Position numbers and translations under genes: made by a program
IMG/VR virus record: IMGVR_UViG_3300044268_001983
Location: 1-32,144 of that record
Origin: a virus
Lineage: Duplodnaviria > Caudoviricetes
Length of the DNA: 32,144 nt
Reading direction: 5' to 3' (one strand)
Part shown: positions 1-8,385 of the stretch, piece after piece
Layout: every line of letters begins with the position of its first letter
How positions within the stretch are numbered: position 1 is the stretch's first letter
Notes under the pieces: generated by a model
Told to the model about the DNA's origin: nothing
Seen by the model: the letters and a program-made list of their open reading frames with translations, nothing else
Database searches by the model: none

Positions 1-319
1 CTTTTGTTTTAAAAGGCACATTTGAATTTTCTTTATATAAAGAGTTACCTGTCTCGTCTGCTTCATTACCTGTTGTATAATATTTTCTGTGTTCACGGTG
101 TTGTCCAACATAGGCATGAATAAATTGTCCTAATGAATGTAACTTTTCTTTATGCGTATCTGAACTGTCAATTAAGAAATACTTTGCATCCGGGTATTCT
201 TGTTTTACTTTCTCTGTCCACTTACCCTGGTGACATCCTAAATCAACAATACGATTTAATTTAAGACCTAAGCCTTTGAGTCTTTTCATTAAGTTCGTGT
301 GAACTTCAAATGGTTTCAT
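1..319 (-). CDS. SAM-dependent methyltransferase, FkbM-like (3' end runs off the window)
   Basis: Not in ORF track. Manual translation from ATG 319: MKPFEVHTNLMKRLKGLGLKLNRIVDLGCHQGKWTEKVKQEYPDAKYFLIDS...TGNSLYKENSNVPFKTK, open to base 1. IVDLGCHQG fits the SAM-binding motif I, followed by an acidic motif II (YFLID). Confidence 0.75.
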   Translation of the reverse strand, partial: MKPFEVHTNLMKRLKGLGLKLNRIVDLGCHQGKWTEKVKQEYPDAKYFLIDSSDTHKEKLHSLGQFIHAYVGQHREHRKYYTTGNEADETGNSLYKENSNVPFKTK

Positions 320-446
320 CTTTGAATTGTTTTCTAAATTCTCTATGCCTACAAAGTTCTTTCCACGACTTGTTTTCTAAATAACAAGATAAACTTGCAA
401 TCTTAGTCCAAAACCAAAGGTGTATTTTTCTTTTTATATAGCTCAT
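306..446 (-). CDS. Small hypothetical protein (46 aa)
   Basis: Manual translation MSYIKRKIHLWFWTKIASLSCYLENKSWKELCRHREFRKQFKDETI*. Fills the gap between the flanking genes with short overlaps. Confidence 0.45.
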   Translation of the reverse strand: MSYIKRKIHLWFWTKIASLSCYLENKSWKELCRHREFRKQFKDETI

Positions 447-603
447 GTTTATATTTCCTTATGTATTCTTTGTTTTTTAAACGCCATTCTTCATTTAACA
501 TTAAACAATGATCTCTATTGTTTTTATAAAATGTTTTTGATTGCGCATTATATTTTTCTTTATTTTTTAAATAATATTGTTTTAAATATTCTTTTCTAGT
601 CAT
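403..603 (-). CDS. Lys/Tyr-rich hypothetical protein with ~15-aa periodicity
   Basis: RKEYLKQYYLKNKEK / YNAQSKTFYKNNRDH / CLMLNEEWRLKNKEY resembles the helical repeats that precede phage HNH nucleases. No HNH domain is present. Overlaps the upstream stop. Confidence 0.6.
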   Translation of the reverse strand: MTRKEYLKQYYLKNKEKYNAQSKTFYKNNRDHCLMLNEEWRLKNKEYIRKYKHELYKKKNTPLVLD

Positions 604-838
604 CCCAGCTTTTTCTCATTCTTTCTATTTCTAACTGACAATAATGAATAATTTTATTTAAATCCTCTATTCCGTTTTTCTTTTGATACCTCACAGCATA
701 CTTAATAATGTTGCCTTGAAAATATGAAAGATTGTTTTCTGTTATAAAAGTCCAAGGTTGGATTTTTAATTTATAATGATCTCCTCCTTCTTGTTTTTCT
801 TGAGGAAAAGCATTTACGAAATCAGTTTTTGTGCCCAT
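596..838 (-). CDS. DUF3310 (SaV-like, putative nucleotide kinase) protein
   Basis: QEGGDHY...IQP...GNIIKY..RY..KNGIEDL.K is the DUF3310 signature. Confidence 0.85.
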   Translation of the reverse strand: MGTKTDFVNAFPQEKQEGGDHYKLKIQPWTFITENNLSYFQGNIIKYAVRYQKKNGIEDLNKIIHYCQLEIERMRKSWDD

Positions 839-2432
839 AATTCTCCTTAAAGTTTTTATATAATCTTCCTAATGGAAAATGAAATTTGTGATCTGTATTG
901 ATCAGATGTAATGATTGTTTGGCTCTTGTGACACCTGTATACCATACCCTTAATTCTTTAACTTTTTCTTCTTTGCTTTTTCTTTCGAAATGGGACGGCC
1001 AATTGGCTTTAGAACAAATGACGACGTGGTCGGCTTCAGAGCCTTTAACTGAATGTATCGTGTCAACAATGATCCTCGCTTTCGAGTCTAAATTTATATT
1101 ATTCTCCATACACTTCAAGAAATATCTTTTCTCTGTATCTTTTATTTTAATAGATAATGCTTTTGTCCAATCTGCTTTATCTTCTGTTAATCCTGCTCTT
1201 AACCTTAATTCTTCATAATTAAATGGTTGGTTTGGATGTGCAAAGTTCCATTTTTGTGAGTCTGCGCTCCGGTAGCCGTGGTCGATGTTTGATATGTAAG
1301 TGTACATGACACATGCTTCCTCCCTTGTTACTGTTCCACCTTGCATCAATTGCATCCAATAATTAATTGCTTGCCACTGCTGAACTTGAAATGACTTACG
1401 TCCCTGAGTATTTTCATAATAATAACCCATATCATACAAATCTTTTTCAATCTCTTTCCTGACATCATGGATTCTTGCTAACACCATCCATGTTCCTTCT
1501 CTTTCAAACGGTACATGTTTTACACTTTGATATCGTTCAATCTCTCCTTCTAAATCATTTGGTGAGAATATCTTTTCTTCTCGGTAATTTGCTGCAGACA
1601 ACATAATCAATTGTGAGAAGTAATGTACCTTTCTTGGTATACGTCTTGATAACTCTAAAACTTTTTTCTTACCTGGAAAATGAATAAAGTAATCTACTTC
1701 AGCGCCATTCCATTCATAGATTGCCTGGTCATCATCTCCTGCAAGATAAACAACTTCTGCTTCTTTCGCTAATTTAATAACAACATCCCACTGCAAAGGA
1801 GTAAGATCCTGAGCTTCATCAATCATTAATACTTTGAACTTTGGTACATGACCTTCGTTTACAAACTTCTCCAACATATCTGTAAAATCTAATCGATCGT
1901 TTTGTCTTATACCTGGTGCAACTTCAAAACTTTTAAATCGTTCATATGCTGCGATGATTGATATGAATTGTGGAAGTCTAACATTTTTCTTTTGCTGCTG
2001 CTTATATAATGCGACAGGGTCTTGTTTCATGTTCCGTGCTCTGTCGTAAATTCTTAGTGACCAATTGTTAAATACTTTTTGATCTTCGAAACCTTGTAAG
2101 AAACCAATCTTCACTGTTCCATAATCTGAATGGAACTGCATTAAATCATCGTTAGGATCTAAGACAGGTATGTTATTAAATTGAGAACGAGCAAAAGAAT
2201 GTATGGTAGCAAAATAGGGAAAATCATCAGGACGATAACCAGGAAGAGAACCACTAATACGTTCGATTGTTTCATCCACCGCTTTATTCGTAAATGAAAA
2301 ATATGCAATCTGATGAGGCGATACACCTTTACGAAGAAAGTACTTAATCCTGCGTAATAGTTGGAAAGTTTTACCAGTTCCTGGAGGGCCAAATATTTTA
2401 ATTGTTTTCCCATGGAGCTGCTGCTTTAACAT
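822..2432 (-). CDS. UvrD/Rep-type superfamily 1 DNA helicase
   Basis: Walker A GPPGTGKT, FTNKA, TIHSF, Walker B IDEAQD, GDDDQAIY, TIHSVKGSE, YTGVTRAK. Confidence 0.93.
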   Translation of the reverse strand: MLKQQLHGKTIKIFGPPGTGKTFQLLRRIKYFLRKGVSPHQIAYFSFTNKAVDETIERISGSLPGYRPDDFPYFATIHSFARSQFNNIPVLDPNDDLMQFHSDYGTVKIGFLQGFEDQKVFNNWSLRIYDRARNMKQDPVALYKQQQKKNVRLPQFISIIAAYERFKSFEVAPGIRQNDRLDFTDMLEKFVNEGHVPKFKVLMIDEAQDLTPLQWDVVIKLAKEAEVVYLAGDDDQAIYEWNGAEVDYFIHFPGKKKVLELSRRIPRKVHYFSQLIMLSAANYREEKIFSPNDLEGEIERYQSVKHVPFEREGTWMVLARIHDVRKEIEKDLYDMGYYYENTQGRKSFQVQQWQAINYWMQLMQGGTVTREEACVMYTYISNIDHGYRSADSQKWNFAHPNQPFNYEELRLRAGLTEDKADWTKALSIKIKDTEKRYFLKCMENNINLDSKARIIVDTIHSVKGSEADHVVICSKANWPSHFERKSKEEKVKELRVWYTGVTRAKQSLHLINTDHKFHFPLGRLYKNFKENYGHKN

Positions 2433-3990
2433 GTTTAACCTCTTTGTTTTTATATTCAGGTAGCTTAGGCATACTGACTAACCAATGCCTTGTATCTACC
2501 CCATTGTGTTTCTTTTTTGGCTCTGCGCCGCCGACTTGTAAAAAATTTGTACATTCTCTATTAGACCAATTGCTTCCATTCTTTTTCATAAACCTTTGAA
2601 ACAATTCAGTTTTAAATCTCATCTCAGTCGCCTTACCAGGATTCTCATCATCGAGCCACATATATCCATTAGAAATTTGACTAAATTCTGTATGCAGTTC
2701 GCAATCCTCTAAGAATTGTATCATACGTGAGTTAAAGATGTCATCTTTCTCCTCCATAGCGTCATAACCCTCAATATCTATCTTATTTTTAATCAATTCC
2801 TCTTTAAAATCAGACCAAGGATCTGGTGCTTGTTTAGATGGTTTTAAGTTTCTCCATACAATGTCTGCAGCTAAAAGCTTAGATCCGAATAATTGTTGAG
2901 AATAAAGTTCTTTGTTTTCAAGTTTAACGTTTACTCCATTTACGGGTAACACCCAATATGGTTCTGGATATACATTATACTTCATAAGTTTACCAACTGT
3001 TGGCATTGCTTCATTAGGATTAATTCCATATTTCTGAGATAAACATTTTGGTCTATCACAATGTGCTTTAGCTACGGATGTACCACATTTGTATTTATAA
3101 TCTGTTTTCTGATGTTGTTTAATTAATGTATTCAATTCTTTTGGATCAAGGGGTGGCTCACCAATTTGTTTATTCATTTCTCTAAAATATTCTGGCCAAT
3201 AGTCTGGATCAGGATTTAACTTCTTACATAACACAGCACAATTAAACATCGCATCATTACGACCTTCGCCATCCTTTACTTTATTTCTTAAAAAACTTTT
3301 TATACATGGAGGATATCCAATATCATCTTCTTTCTTTTCTGCTTTAATAATTGTTTCTAAATCTTGTTCGCTACATAAAAATTTTTGCACATAAATATAT
3401 AAATCACTTAACGGCACTCCCATGCCATTATCATATAAGGCCATACGCGTTGAACGTGCTGCACGTTGATAAGGTAAGTTAACAAAGTTACCTTTGTTTT
3501 TATCTTCCCATTTTTCAGGAGTAAGATCGACTTGATCCTGGGCAGGAAATATATCTGTTGTCGTTCCCGCAACTCCAAGATCTGCAGCGATTGAGTTTAA
3601 TAAGCTTCTTACTTTTCTTGCTTGTACAGGTTCACTTAAATGTAAAATTAAATGAAGACCATTTGATTTAGATCGATATGGAACTAATGGATATTCTCTT
3701 TCACGAATAAGTTTAATTAATTTGATATGATCTAAATTGTAAATATCAACGTCTATTACTCCCCAAGTACAAGTAGAATCATCGCGGATAGGGACAGTGC
3801 CAATATGCCTTGTACCGTTGATGTGTTCTTCAAAATCTTTCTTTTCGATTGGTAATTTATTAATCCAAGATTTATATTCTTCTTTTCCATTGTCTTTCCT
3901 TAACCCTGTAGGTTTTGATTCCCCAAAATATGTATCTGAACCCTGGAACAGTTCTATGAACTGCTCCAGAGTTGTGTGATGTTCTTCCAT
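2398..3990 (-). CDS. Archaeo-eukaryotic (AEP) primase with PriCT-like domain
   Basis: AEP motifs IDVD, RSKSNGLH and GNFVNLPY. PPC...EGRNDAMFN is PriCT-like. No Walker motifs in the C-terminal part. Confidence 0.8.
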   Translation of the reverse strand: MEEHHTTLEQFIELFQGSDTYFGESKPTGLRKDNGKEEYKSWINKLPIEKKDFEEHINGTRHIGTVPIRDDSTCTWGVIDVDIYNLDHIKLIKLIREREYPLVPYRSKSNGLHLILHLSEPVQARKVRSLLNSIAADLGVAGTTTDIFPAQDQVDLTPEKWEDKNKGNFVNLPYQRAARSTRMALYDNGMGVPLSDLYIYVQKFLCSEQDLETIIKAEKKEDDIGYPPCIKSFLRNKVKDGEGRNDAMFNCAVLCKKLNPDPDYWPEYFREMNKQIGEPPLDPKELNTLIKQHQKTDYKYKCGTSVAKAHCDRPKCLSQKYGINPNEAMPTVGKLMKYNVYPEPYWVLPVNGVNVKLENKELYSQQLFGSKLLAADIVWRNLKPSKQAPDPWSDFKEELIKNKIDIEGYDAMEEKDDIFNSRMIQFLEDCELHTEFSQISNGYMWLDDENPGKATEMRFKTELFQRFMKKNGSNWSNRECTNFLQVGGAEPKKKHNGVDTRHWLVSMPKLPEYKNKEVKHVKAAAPWENN

Positions 3991-4772
3991 TAAAATGGTG
4001 CTTTTTCAGTAGATGTTTCAGTATCGTGTTTTACTTTTACACTACCGCCTGCGCATGATTTATAAAACTCATTCGCAGCGTTTAGAACCGATTCATTAGG
4101 AACTTGTCCTGTATGCTCGATTTCCCAACCATACCATGAACCTAAATTGTTTTTCTCAAGCTGTGTAGACAATCTATACGTTTGAGTAAACATAGCAGGA
4201 GTAAAGAATGTTCCATCTTTTCTCTTAGACTTCACTGACATCATCATTGAATTCCACTTCTTAGATTTTTTTCTTTGAGTAGACTTCATTGTGATTAATG
4301 CAGTTTCTTTAGGTGCATTGTTTTCTACAAGTAATACATAGTGAGACGCTGTCTCTTCTACATAATTTCCATTTTCTAATCTATCTTTATTAGAATCGTC
4401 TCTTGTAGTTTTAGTCATAATATCAGAATCACTTGGATGTATAAAAGCAGGAGCTCCAGATCCTTCTGAACCTCTATCCTTCCATTCAATGTATTCTAAT
4501 TTATAAAAGCATGGTACAACTGTAATACCTTTTGCACCGTCATAAAGTTGATCGGTTACAGTATTATAAATCATGCCCGCTTTAGCCGCTTCAATATAGT
4601 TTGCATCTCCCGCAGTTACCTGTGGTGATAGCTGACCTAATATTTTTAGAAAAGGTAAAGCTAAATCTTTTTGAGACATGTTTTCAAAACCTGCCTGCTC
4701 AAAAGATTCTAAGTTAATGTTCGCAACAGCGTTTTCTTTTTTTACTGCTACGTCTTTCGTTGCTTTTGACAT
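3990..4772 (-). CDS. Putative single-stranded DNA-binding/annealing protein
   Basis: Start refined to ATG 4772 (GGAGG Shine-Dalgarno). DLALPFLKILGQLSPQ, MKSTQ.KKSKKWN, G.WYGW and a C-terminal 'APF' tail. Lies in the replication operon. Confidence 0.65.
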   Translation of the reverse strand: MSKATKDVAVKKENAVANINLESFEQAGFENMSQKDLALPFLKILGQLSPQVTAGDANYIEAAKAGMIYNTVTDQLYDGAKGITVVPCFYKLEYIEWKDRGSEGSGAPAFIHPSDSDIMTKTTRDDSNKDRLENGNYVEETASHYVLLVENNAPKETALITMKSTQRKKSKKWNSMMMSVKSKRKDGTFFTPAMFTQTYRLSTQLEKNNLGSWYGWEIEHTGQVPNESVLNAANEFYKSCAGGSVKVKHDTETSTEKAPF

Positions 4773-4783
4773 ATTGTCCTCCA

Positions 4784-5320
4784 TTAGTTTTTCGTTATTT
4801 TTGTTTTATTTGAGACATACACTCCAAACAAATCCATCGGCAATTCTTTACCATCAGTAATTTGTTCTCGTGCGAAAGCTTTGAGTGTCATCGGTTCTAC
4901 TTTTTCTTTTTTGTTATAAGTAAATCCGTTCTCCTCACAAACTTGTATAAGTCTCGATACAAGATTGTCCTGGCCTTTATTAAATGATGCAGTGACAGTA
5001 TTTTTAATCATGTCCTCATGACCATTTGATCTAAGCCAATTAAAAGCCTCTTCAGTTCTAGACGCAGGTATACGTGCTGAAATAACTGGTTTTACCTCAA
5101 CTGTATCTCCATTTTCTGTTTTAATTAAAGAGACTCCAGCCTCTTGCATTAATTCAGGTATTGTCTGTTCTTGAAGTTCTTTATGCTTCTTACTAAGTTC
5201 CGCCATCTCTTTTTCTTTCTCTTCGATTTGACGTCCTAGTTCTTGCATGTCTTGGCATGCTTTAGATATTTTTTTTATTTTATTATCATCAACTGAAACG
5301 TTGATTTGTTCAATATCCAT
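4784..5320 (-). CDS. Conserved phage replication-module protein (coiled coil plus AFNWLR..GH.D.IKN domain)
   Basis: Real start is most likely ATG 5320 (MDIEQ...), preceded by AAAGGAGG. The ORF-track extension to 5479 overlaps the divergent helicase. Motifs VEPMTLKAF and LPMDLFGVYV are typical of genes next to phage SSBs. Confidence 0.75.
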   Translation of the reverse strand: MDIEQINVSVDDNKIKKISKACQDMQELGRQIEEKEKEMAELSKKHKELQEQTIPELMQEAGVSLIKTENGDTVEVKPVISARIPASRTEEAFNWLRSNGHEDMIKNTVTASFNKGQDNLVSRLIQVCEENGFTYNKKEKVEPMTLKAFAREQITDGKELPMDLFGVYVSNKTKITKN

Positions 5321-5358
5321 GTATCCTCCTTTGTCGCTCTCCCCAATAAAATATATTA

Positions 5359-5386
5359 TTGCATTGGTCAAGCAAAAATGTATAAA
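5359..5386 (+). promoter_or_regulatory. Putative sigma70-like promoter for the SNF2 helicase (divergent control region)
   Basis: TTGCAT-16 nt-TATAAA, 11 nt upstream of ATG 5398. No Shine-Dalgarno. Confidence 0.4.
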
Positions 5387-5397
5387 CATTTTCGGAC

Positions 5398-6828
5398 ATG
5401 GCATATAACTACAAGACAGAACCTTATAAACATCAAATTGATGCACTTGAAAAGGCTGCGCATCATGTAGAGTGGGCATTTTTCATGGATATGGGTACTG
5501 GAAAAACCAAAACCACGATAGATAATATCGGATTATTATATCATGAAAGAAAAATAAATTCAGCCGTTGTTGTAGCGCCAAAGTCTGTTTATCTTAATTG
5601 GGAAAAAGAGATAGACACTCACCTACCTGATGCAATAACTCGTCATATCCATAGCTGGAATGTGACTAAGAATAAAAAATTTGATCCTTTTAAAAATAAA
5701 CTATGTGGTTCATTAACTATTTTACTTATTAATGTTGAAGCATTATCTACGAAGAGAGGATTGGAGTCTGTAAGTAAGTTTCTACAATTAAATAAACATA
5801 CTTTTTTTGTTATAGATGAATCAACAACAATAAAGAACCCACAAGCAAAACGAACAAAAAATATTTTAGCACTTGCCAAACTATCCAAATACCGCCGAAT
5901 ATTGACAGGATCCCCAGTAACAAAATCTCCATTGGATCTCTATACACAATGTGCTTTCTTAAATCCAGACTTATTAGGATTTAAATCTTATTATTCATTT
6001 AGAGCCAGATATGCTGAAATGCATACGATTTATACAGGTCCAGATAGACAAATCATTGTGCCTAAGTTTTACAAAAACCTTGATGATCTAGAATTTAAAC
6101 TTAAACAATTCTCTACTCGAATCACCAAAGATGAATGCCTAGATCTGCCAGAAAAAATATATCGTACCAGACATGTTTACCTGGGGGAGAAGCAAAGAGC
6201 TTTATACGACAAGCTTAAAGCTAATGCGATCGCTATGCTTCAAGACACTACAGTTTCATTTACAAATAAACTTACTGAAATACTTCGGTTACACCAAGTA
6301 TGTAATGGTTTTATTAACGATGATAATGGTGAGAAGGTTGAGTTAGAAAATCCTAAGATGAAAGAATTGGATGGTATTTTAGATGAAATAGATGGCAAGG
6401 TGATTATCTGGGCTAACTACATTCATAATATTGAAGACATCTCTAAATATTTAAAAAAGAAATATGGACAACATTCTACTGTAACTATGTATGGAGCAAC
6501 AAATGTATCTGCAAGAAAACAAGCTATACAGTTTTTTCAAGAAAATCCTGAGTGTAGATTTTTTGTAGCCAATCCACAAACTGGAGGCCATGGTCTAACA
6601 CTGACTGCTGCATCATATGTTATATATTTTTCTAACAATTATAATCTAGAATTAAGACTACAATCTGAAGATAGGGCTCATCGTATAGGACAAAAGAAAA
6701 ATGTGGTCTATATCGATCTTATTGCTAAAGATACCGTTGATCAAAAAATTGTTGAATCGCTTGTAAATAAAAACAAAATATCTGCTGAGACTATGGGTGA
6801 AGAAATTAAGTCTTGGCTTTCTGAGTAA
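5398..6828 (+). CDS. SNF2-family (SF2) helicase/ATPase
   Basis: MDMGTGKT, VIDEST, LTGSP, GGHGLTLT, QSEDRAHRIGQ. The only credible + strand gene. Confidence 0.93.
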   Translation: MAYNYKTEPYKHQIDALEKAAHHVEWAFFMDMGTGKTKTTIDNIGLLYHERKINSAVVVAPKSVYLNWEKEIDTHLPDAITRHIHSWNVTKNKKFDPFKNKLCGSLTILLINVEALSTKRGLESVSKFLQLNKHTFFVIDESTTIKNPQAKRTKNILALAKLSKYRRILTGSPVTKSPLDLYTQCAFLNPDLLGFKSYYSFRARYAEMHTIYTGPDRQIIVPKFYKNLDDLEFKLKQFSTRITKDECLDLPEKIYRTRHVYLGEKQRALYDKLKANAIAMLQDTTVSFTNKLTEILRLHQVCNGFINDDNGEKVELENPKMKELDGILDEIDGKVIIWANYIHNIEDISKYLKKKYGQHSTVTMYGATNVSARKQAIQFFQENPECRFFVANPQTGGHGLTLTAASYVIYFSNNYNLELRLQSEDRAHRIGQKKNVVYIDLIAKDTVDQKIVESLVNKNKISAETMGEEIKSWLSE

Positions 6829-6912
6829 ATATTATATAACAATCTTGTAAAAATAATCACGGCATGTGGCTGTGATAGCTATACAAACAAAACATGTTTG
6901 TTGTGTTTCTTG

Positions 6913-6950
6913 GCCCCCTAGGAGATCTCTCTTAGGGGGTTTAAATTTTC
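6913..6950. terminator. GC-rich hairpin between convergent genes; probable intrinsic terminator
   Basis: GCCCCCTAGGAG-ATCT-CTCTTAGGGGGT (12-bp stem with two G-U pairs), followed by TTAAATTTTC on the + strand. Confidence 0.65.
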
Positions 6951-6975
6951 TTGAAGTTTGTAATATTTAAGGATC

Positions 6976-7170
6976 TTACTCGTCTTCTTCTTCTTCTGAC
7001 GAATCTTCCTCATCCTCTTCGATGTCTTCGTTGTCAATGTCTTCCTCTACATAAGCTATATCTAAGTCCTCAATTTTATCGCCATTGGTATCTTGAATTT
7101 GTAATTTACCATCAGTGATAATTTCGTTGACTGCTTCTGCAACAAGGTCTTTTAATGTTCTTTCTGCCAT
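6976..7170 (-). CDS. Small, highly acidic protein
   Basis: AAGGAG SD. C-terminal EEDIDNEDIEEDEEDSSEEEEDE tract. Confidence 0.8.
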   Translation of the reverse strand: MAERTLKDLVAEAVNEIITDGKLQIQDTNGDKIEDLDIAYVEEDIDNEDIEEDEEDSSEEEEDE

Positions 7171-7235
7171 AATTTGTCTCCTTTTTAAGGAATGCTACAT
7201 GAAAAAAATCGTGGGATATAGAGTGTAATAAAATT

Positions 7236-7349
7236 TTAAATTAAATGCGATATTAAATACCAAATAAGCAAAAAACCTATAATAAATTCTAATGGTTTGA
7301 TCCCTCTTAGACCTTTATTATGTCCAAAGGGATCGTCACCAAACGTCAT
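7236..7349 (-). CDS. Small membrane peptide (37 aa)
   Basis: Manual: MTFGDDPFGHNKGLRGIKPLEFIIGFLLIWYLISHLI*. TAATG-coupled to the upstream ORF. C-terminal hydrophobic helix. Confidence 0.65.
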   Translation of the reverse strand: MTFGDDPFGHNKGLRGIKPLEFIIGFLLIWYLISHLI

Positions 7350-7453
7350 TAATTTTTCTTTGAAAGATCTTTGTAGAAGTCTTCCCAGAACTTTTGAACA
7401 TTAGCTGTGTAGTTAGTCCAAAATTCTTTTACTTGTGAATATGATGGAAACAT
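7349..7453 (-). CDS. Small amphipathic peptide (34 aa)
   Basis: Manual: MFPSYSQVKEFWTNYTANVQKFWEDFYKDLSKKN*. Strong AAGGAG SD 6 nt upstream. Confidence 0.7.
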   Translation of the reverse strand: MFPSYSQVKEFWTNYTANVQKFWEDFYKDLSKKN

Positions 7454-7484
7454 TTTTAACTCCTTATTTATATTGCTTTGCAAC

Positions 7485-7514
7485 ATTATATATCTAGTTT
7501 TTTATATTGTTCAA
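7485..7514 (-). promoter_or_regulatory. Putative sigma70 promoter for the small-gene cassette
   Basis: TTGAAC-18 nt-TATAAT on the - strand, upstream of the SD of ORF 7453. Confidence 0.45.
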
Positions 7515-8190
7515 GTCTTTCTAAAAACTTTTCGCTAAATTCTTGTAAATCAGGCTCATTAAGCTTGAATTCTTGGTATTGGAGGTCTCGGGTACAAATT
7601 GTTATTAAACCCTGCTCTATGGGCCCATACGTGTCTTTATGAGCTAAATAATAGGCTCCTAATTGAAGTTTATAGTCTTCTACCCATTCTTCACGTTTTG
7701 GTTTATTTGCTTGTTTAAAATCAATAATAGTTGGTTTGTCATTATGCAGTGCAATACAATCAGTTGTTCCTGCATATTCTTGTTTATAAGCTAGTGATAT
7801 TTCATTACCCCATATCTCAGATAATGGAGATAAGTTTTCTAATATCTTCTGCGCCATCATCCGTGGTTTCTGAGCCTCTGGCTGAAGATTATAATATCCT
7901 GTGCCGTCTAATGTTTTTTCTAATACATAATGCATCTCCGTTCCTACAGACGCTGCTTGTTTCATAATACGATTAGCTTCGTCATTACCTACTCTATCTC
8001 TCCATGCTTTTAAAAATTTATCATCTTTAGTTTTACCAAGTATAGTCGTGACTGAAGGGACTTTCTGTTCGTCAACTAAATATTTTCGTTCTCTTTCATC
8101 AGTGTATCGATTATATTTTTTGTAAGGATATTTACGGATATTTCTTAATTCAGACAGAGTGATACCTGTTTTAGTTGACTCAAACTTCAT
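7486..8190 (-). CDS. PD-(D/E)XK exonuclease (MGME1/Cas4-like phage exonuclease)
   Basis: VPSVTTIL, GTEMH, E...YAGTTD, IIDFKQ, QLGAY. Confidence 0.88.
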   Translation of the reverse strand: MKFESTKTGITLSELRNIRKYPYKKYNRYTDERERKYLVDEQKVPSVTTILGKTKDDKFLKAWRDRVGNDEANRIMKQAASVGTEMHYVLEKTLDGTGYYNLQPEAQKPRMMAQKILENLSPLSEIWGNEISLAYKQEYAGTTDCIALHNDKPTIIDFKQANKPKREEWVEDYKLQLGAYYLAHKDTYGPIEQGLITICTRDLQYQEFKLNEPDLQEFSEKFLERLEQYKKLDI

Positions 8191-8202
8191 AGATGTATTT
8201 TA

Positions 8203-8385
8203 TTAAAAATGATTCGAAAGTACAGCTAAAAGTATTGCAAACATTCCACCTACAATCCATTTTTCAATTCTAGTAATTCTAAGTTCTATATCAGATATAC
8301 GTTGGAAAGTTTGTTTTTGCATAATTCTGCAAAGCTTTTCATGGGATTCAATTCTTTGTAACGCTGATTTACTTGTTCTAGGCAT
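8203..8385 (-). CDS. Small coiled-coil protein with C-terminal transmembrane helix (holin/XhlA-like architecture)
   Basis: HEKLC...RIEKW followed by the hydrophobic IVGGMFAILLAVL. Confidence 0.7.
   Translation of the reverse strand: MPRTSKSALQRIESHEKLCRIMQKQTFQRISDIELRITRIEKWIVGGMFAILLAVLSNHF

Noticed and set aside
403-603. HNH homing endonuclease or its pseudogene
   Set aside because: Only the Lys/Tyr helical repeats are present. No His/Asn/Cys nuclease motif was found in this frame or the adjacent downstream frames.
1-3000. Apparent abundance of GATC sites (Dam-type methylation signal)
   Set aside because: A rough hand count of about 11 in the first 3 kb is close to the expectation for this base composition. 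A proper k-mer test would be needed.
5321-5479. N-terminal extension of the 4784-5479 ORF (and similar extensions to 4784, 21072 and 22275)
   Set aside because: It would overlap the divergent helicase or intergenic elements. Downstream ATGs fit better, with a strong SD at 5320 and 4772.
7465-7472. TATAAATA (T4 late promoter consensus) upstream of ORF 7453
   Set aside because: An isolated upstream occurrence in AT-rich DNA, abutting the SD. No T4-like sigma factor or gene set is present.
7486-8190. Cas4 as evidence of a CRISPR system
   Set aside because: It lacks the four-Cys Fe-S cluster pattern and has no CRISPR context. It is an ordinary phage PD-(D/E)XK exonuclease.
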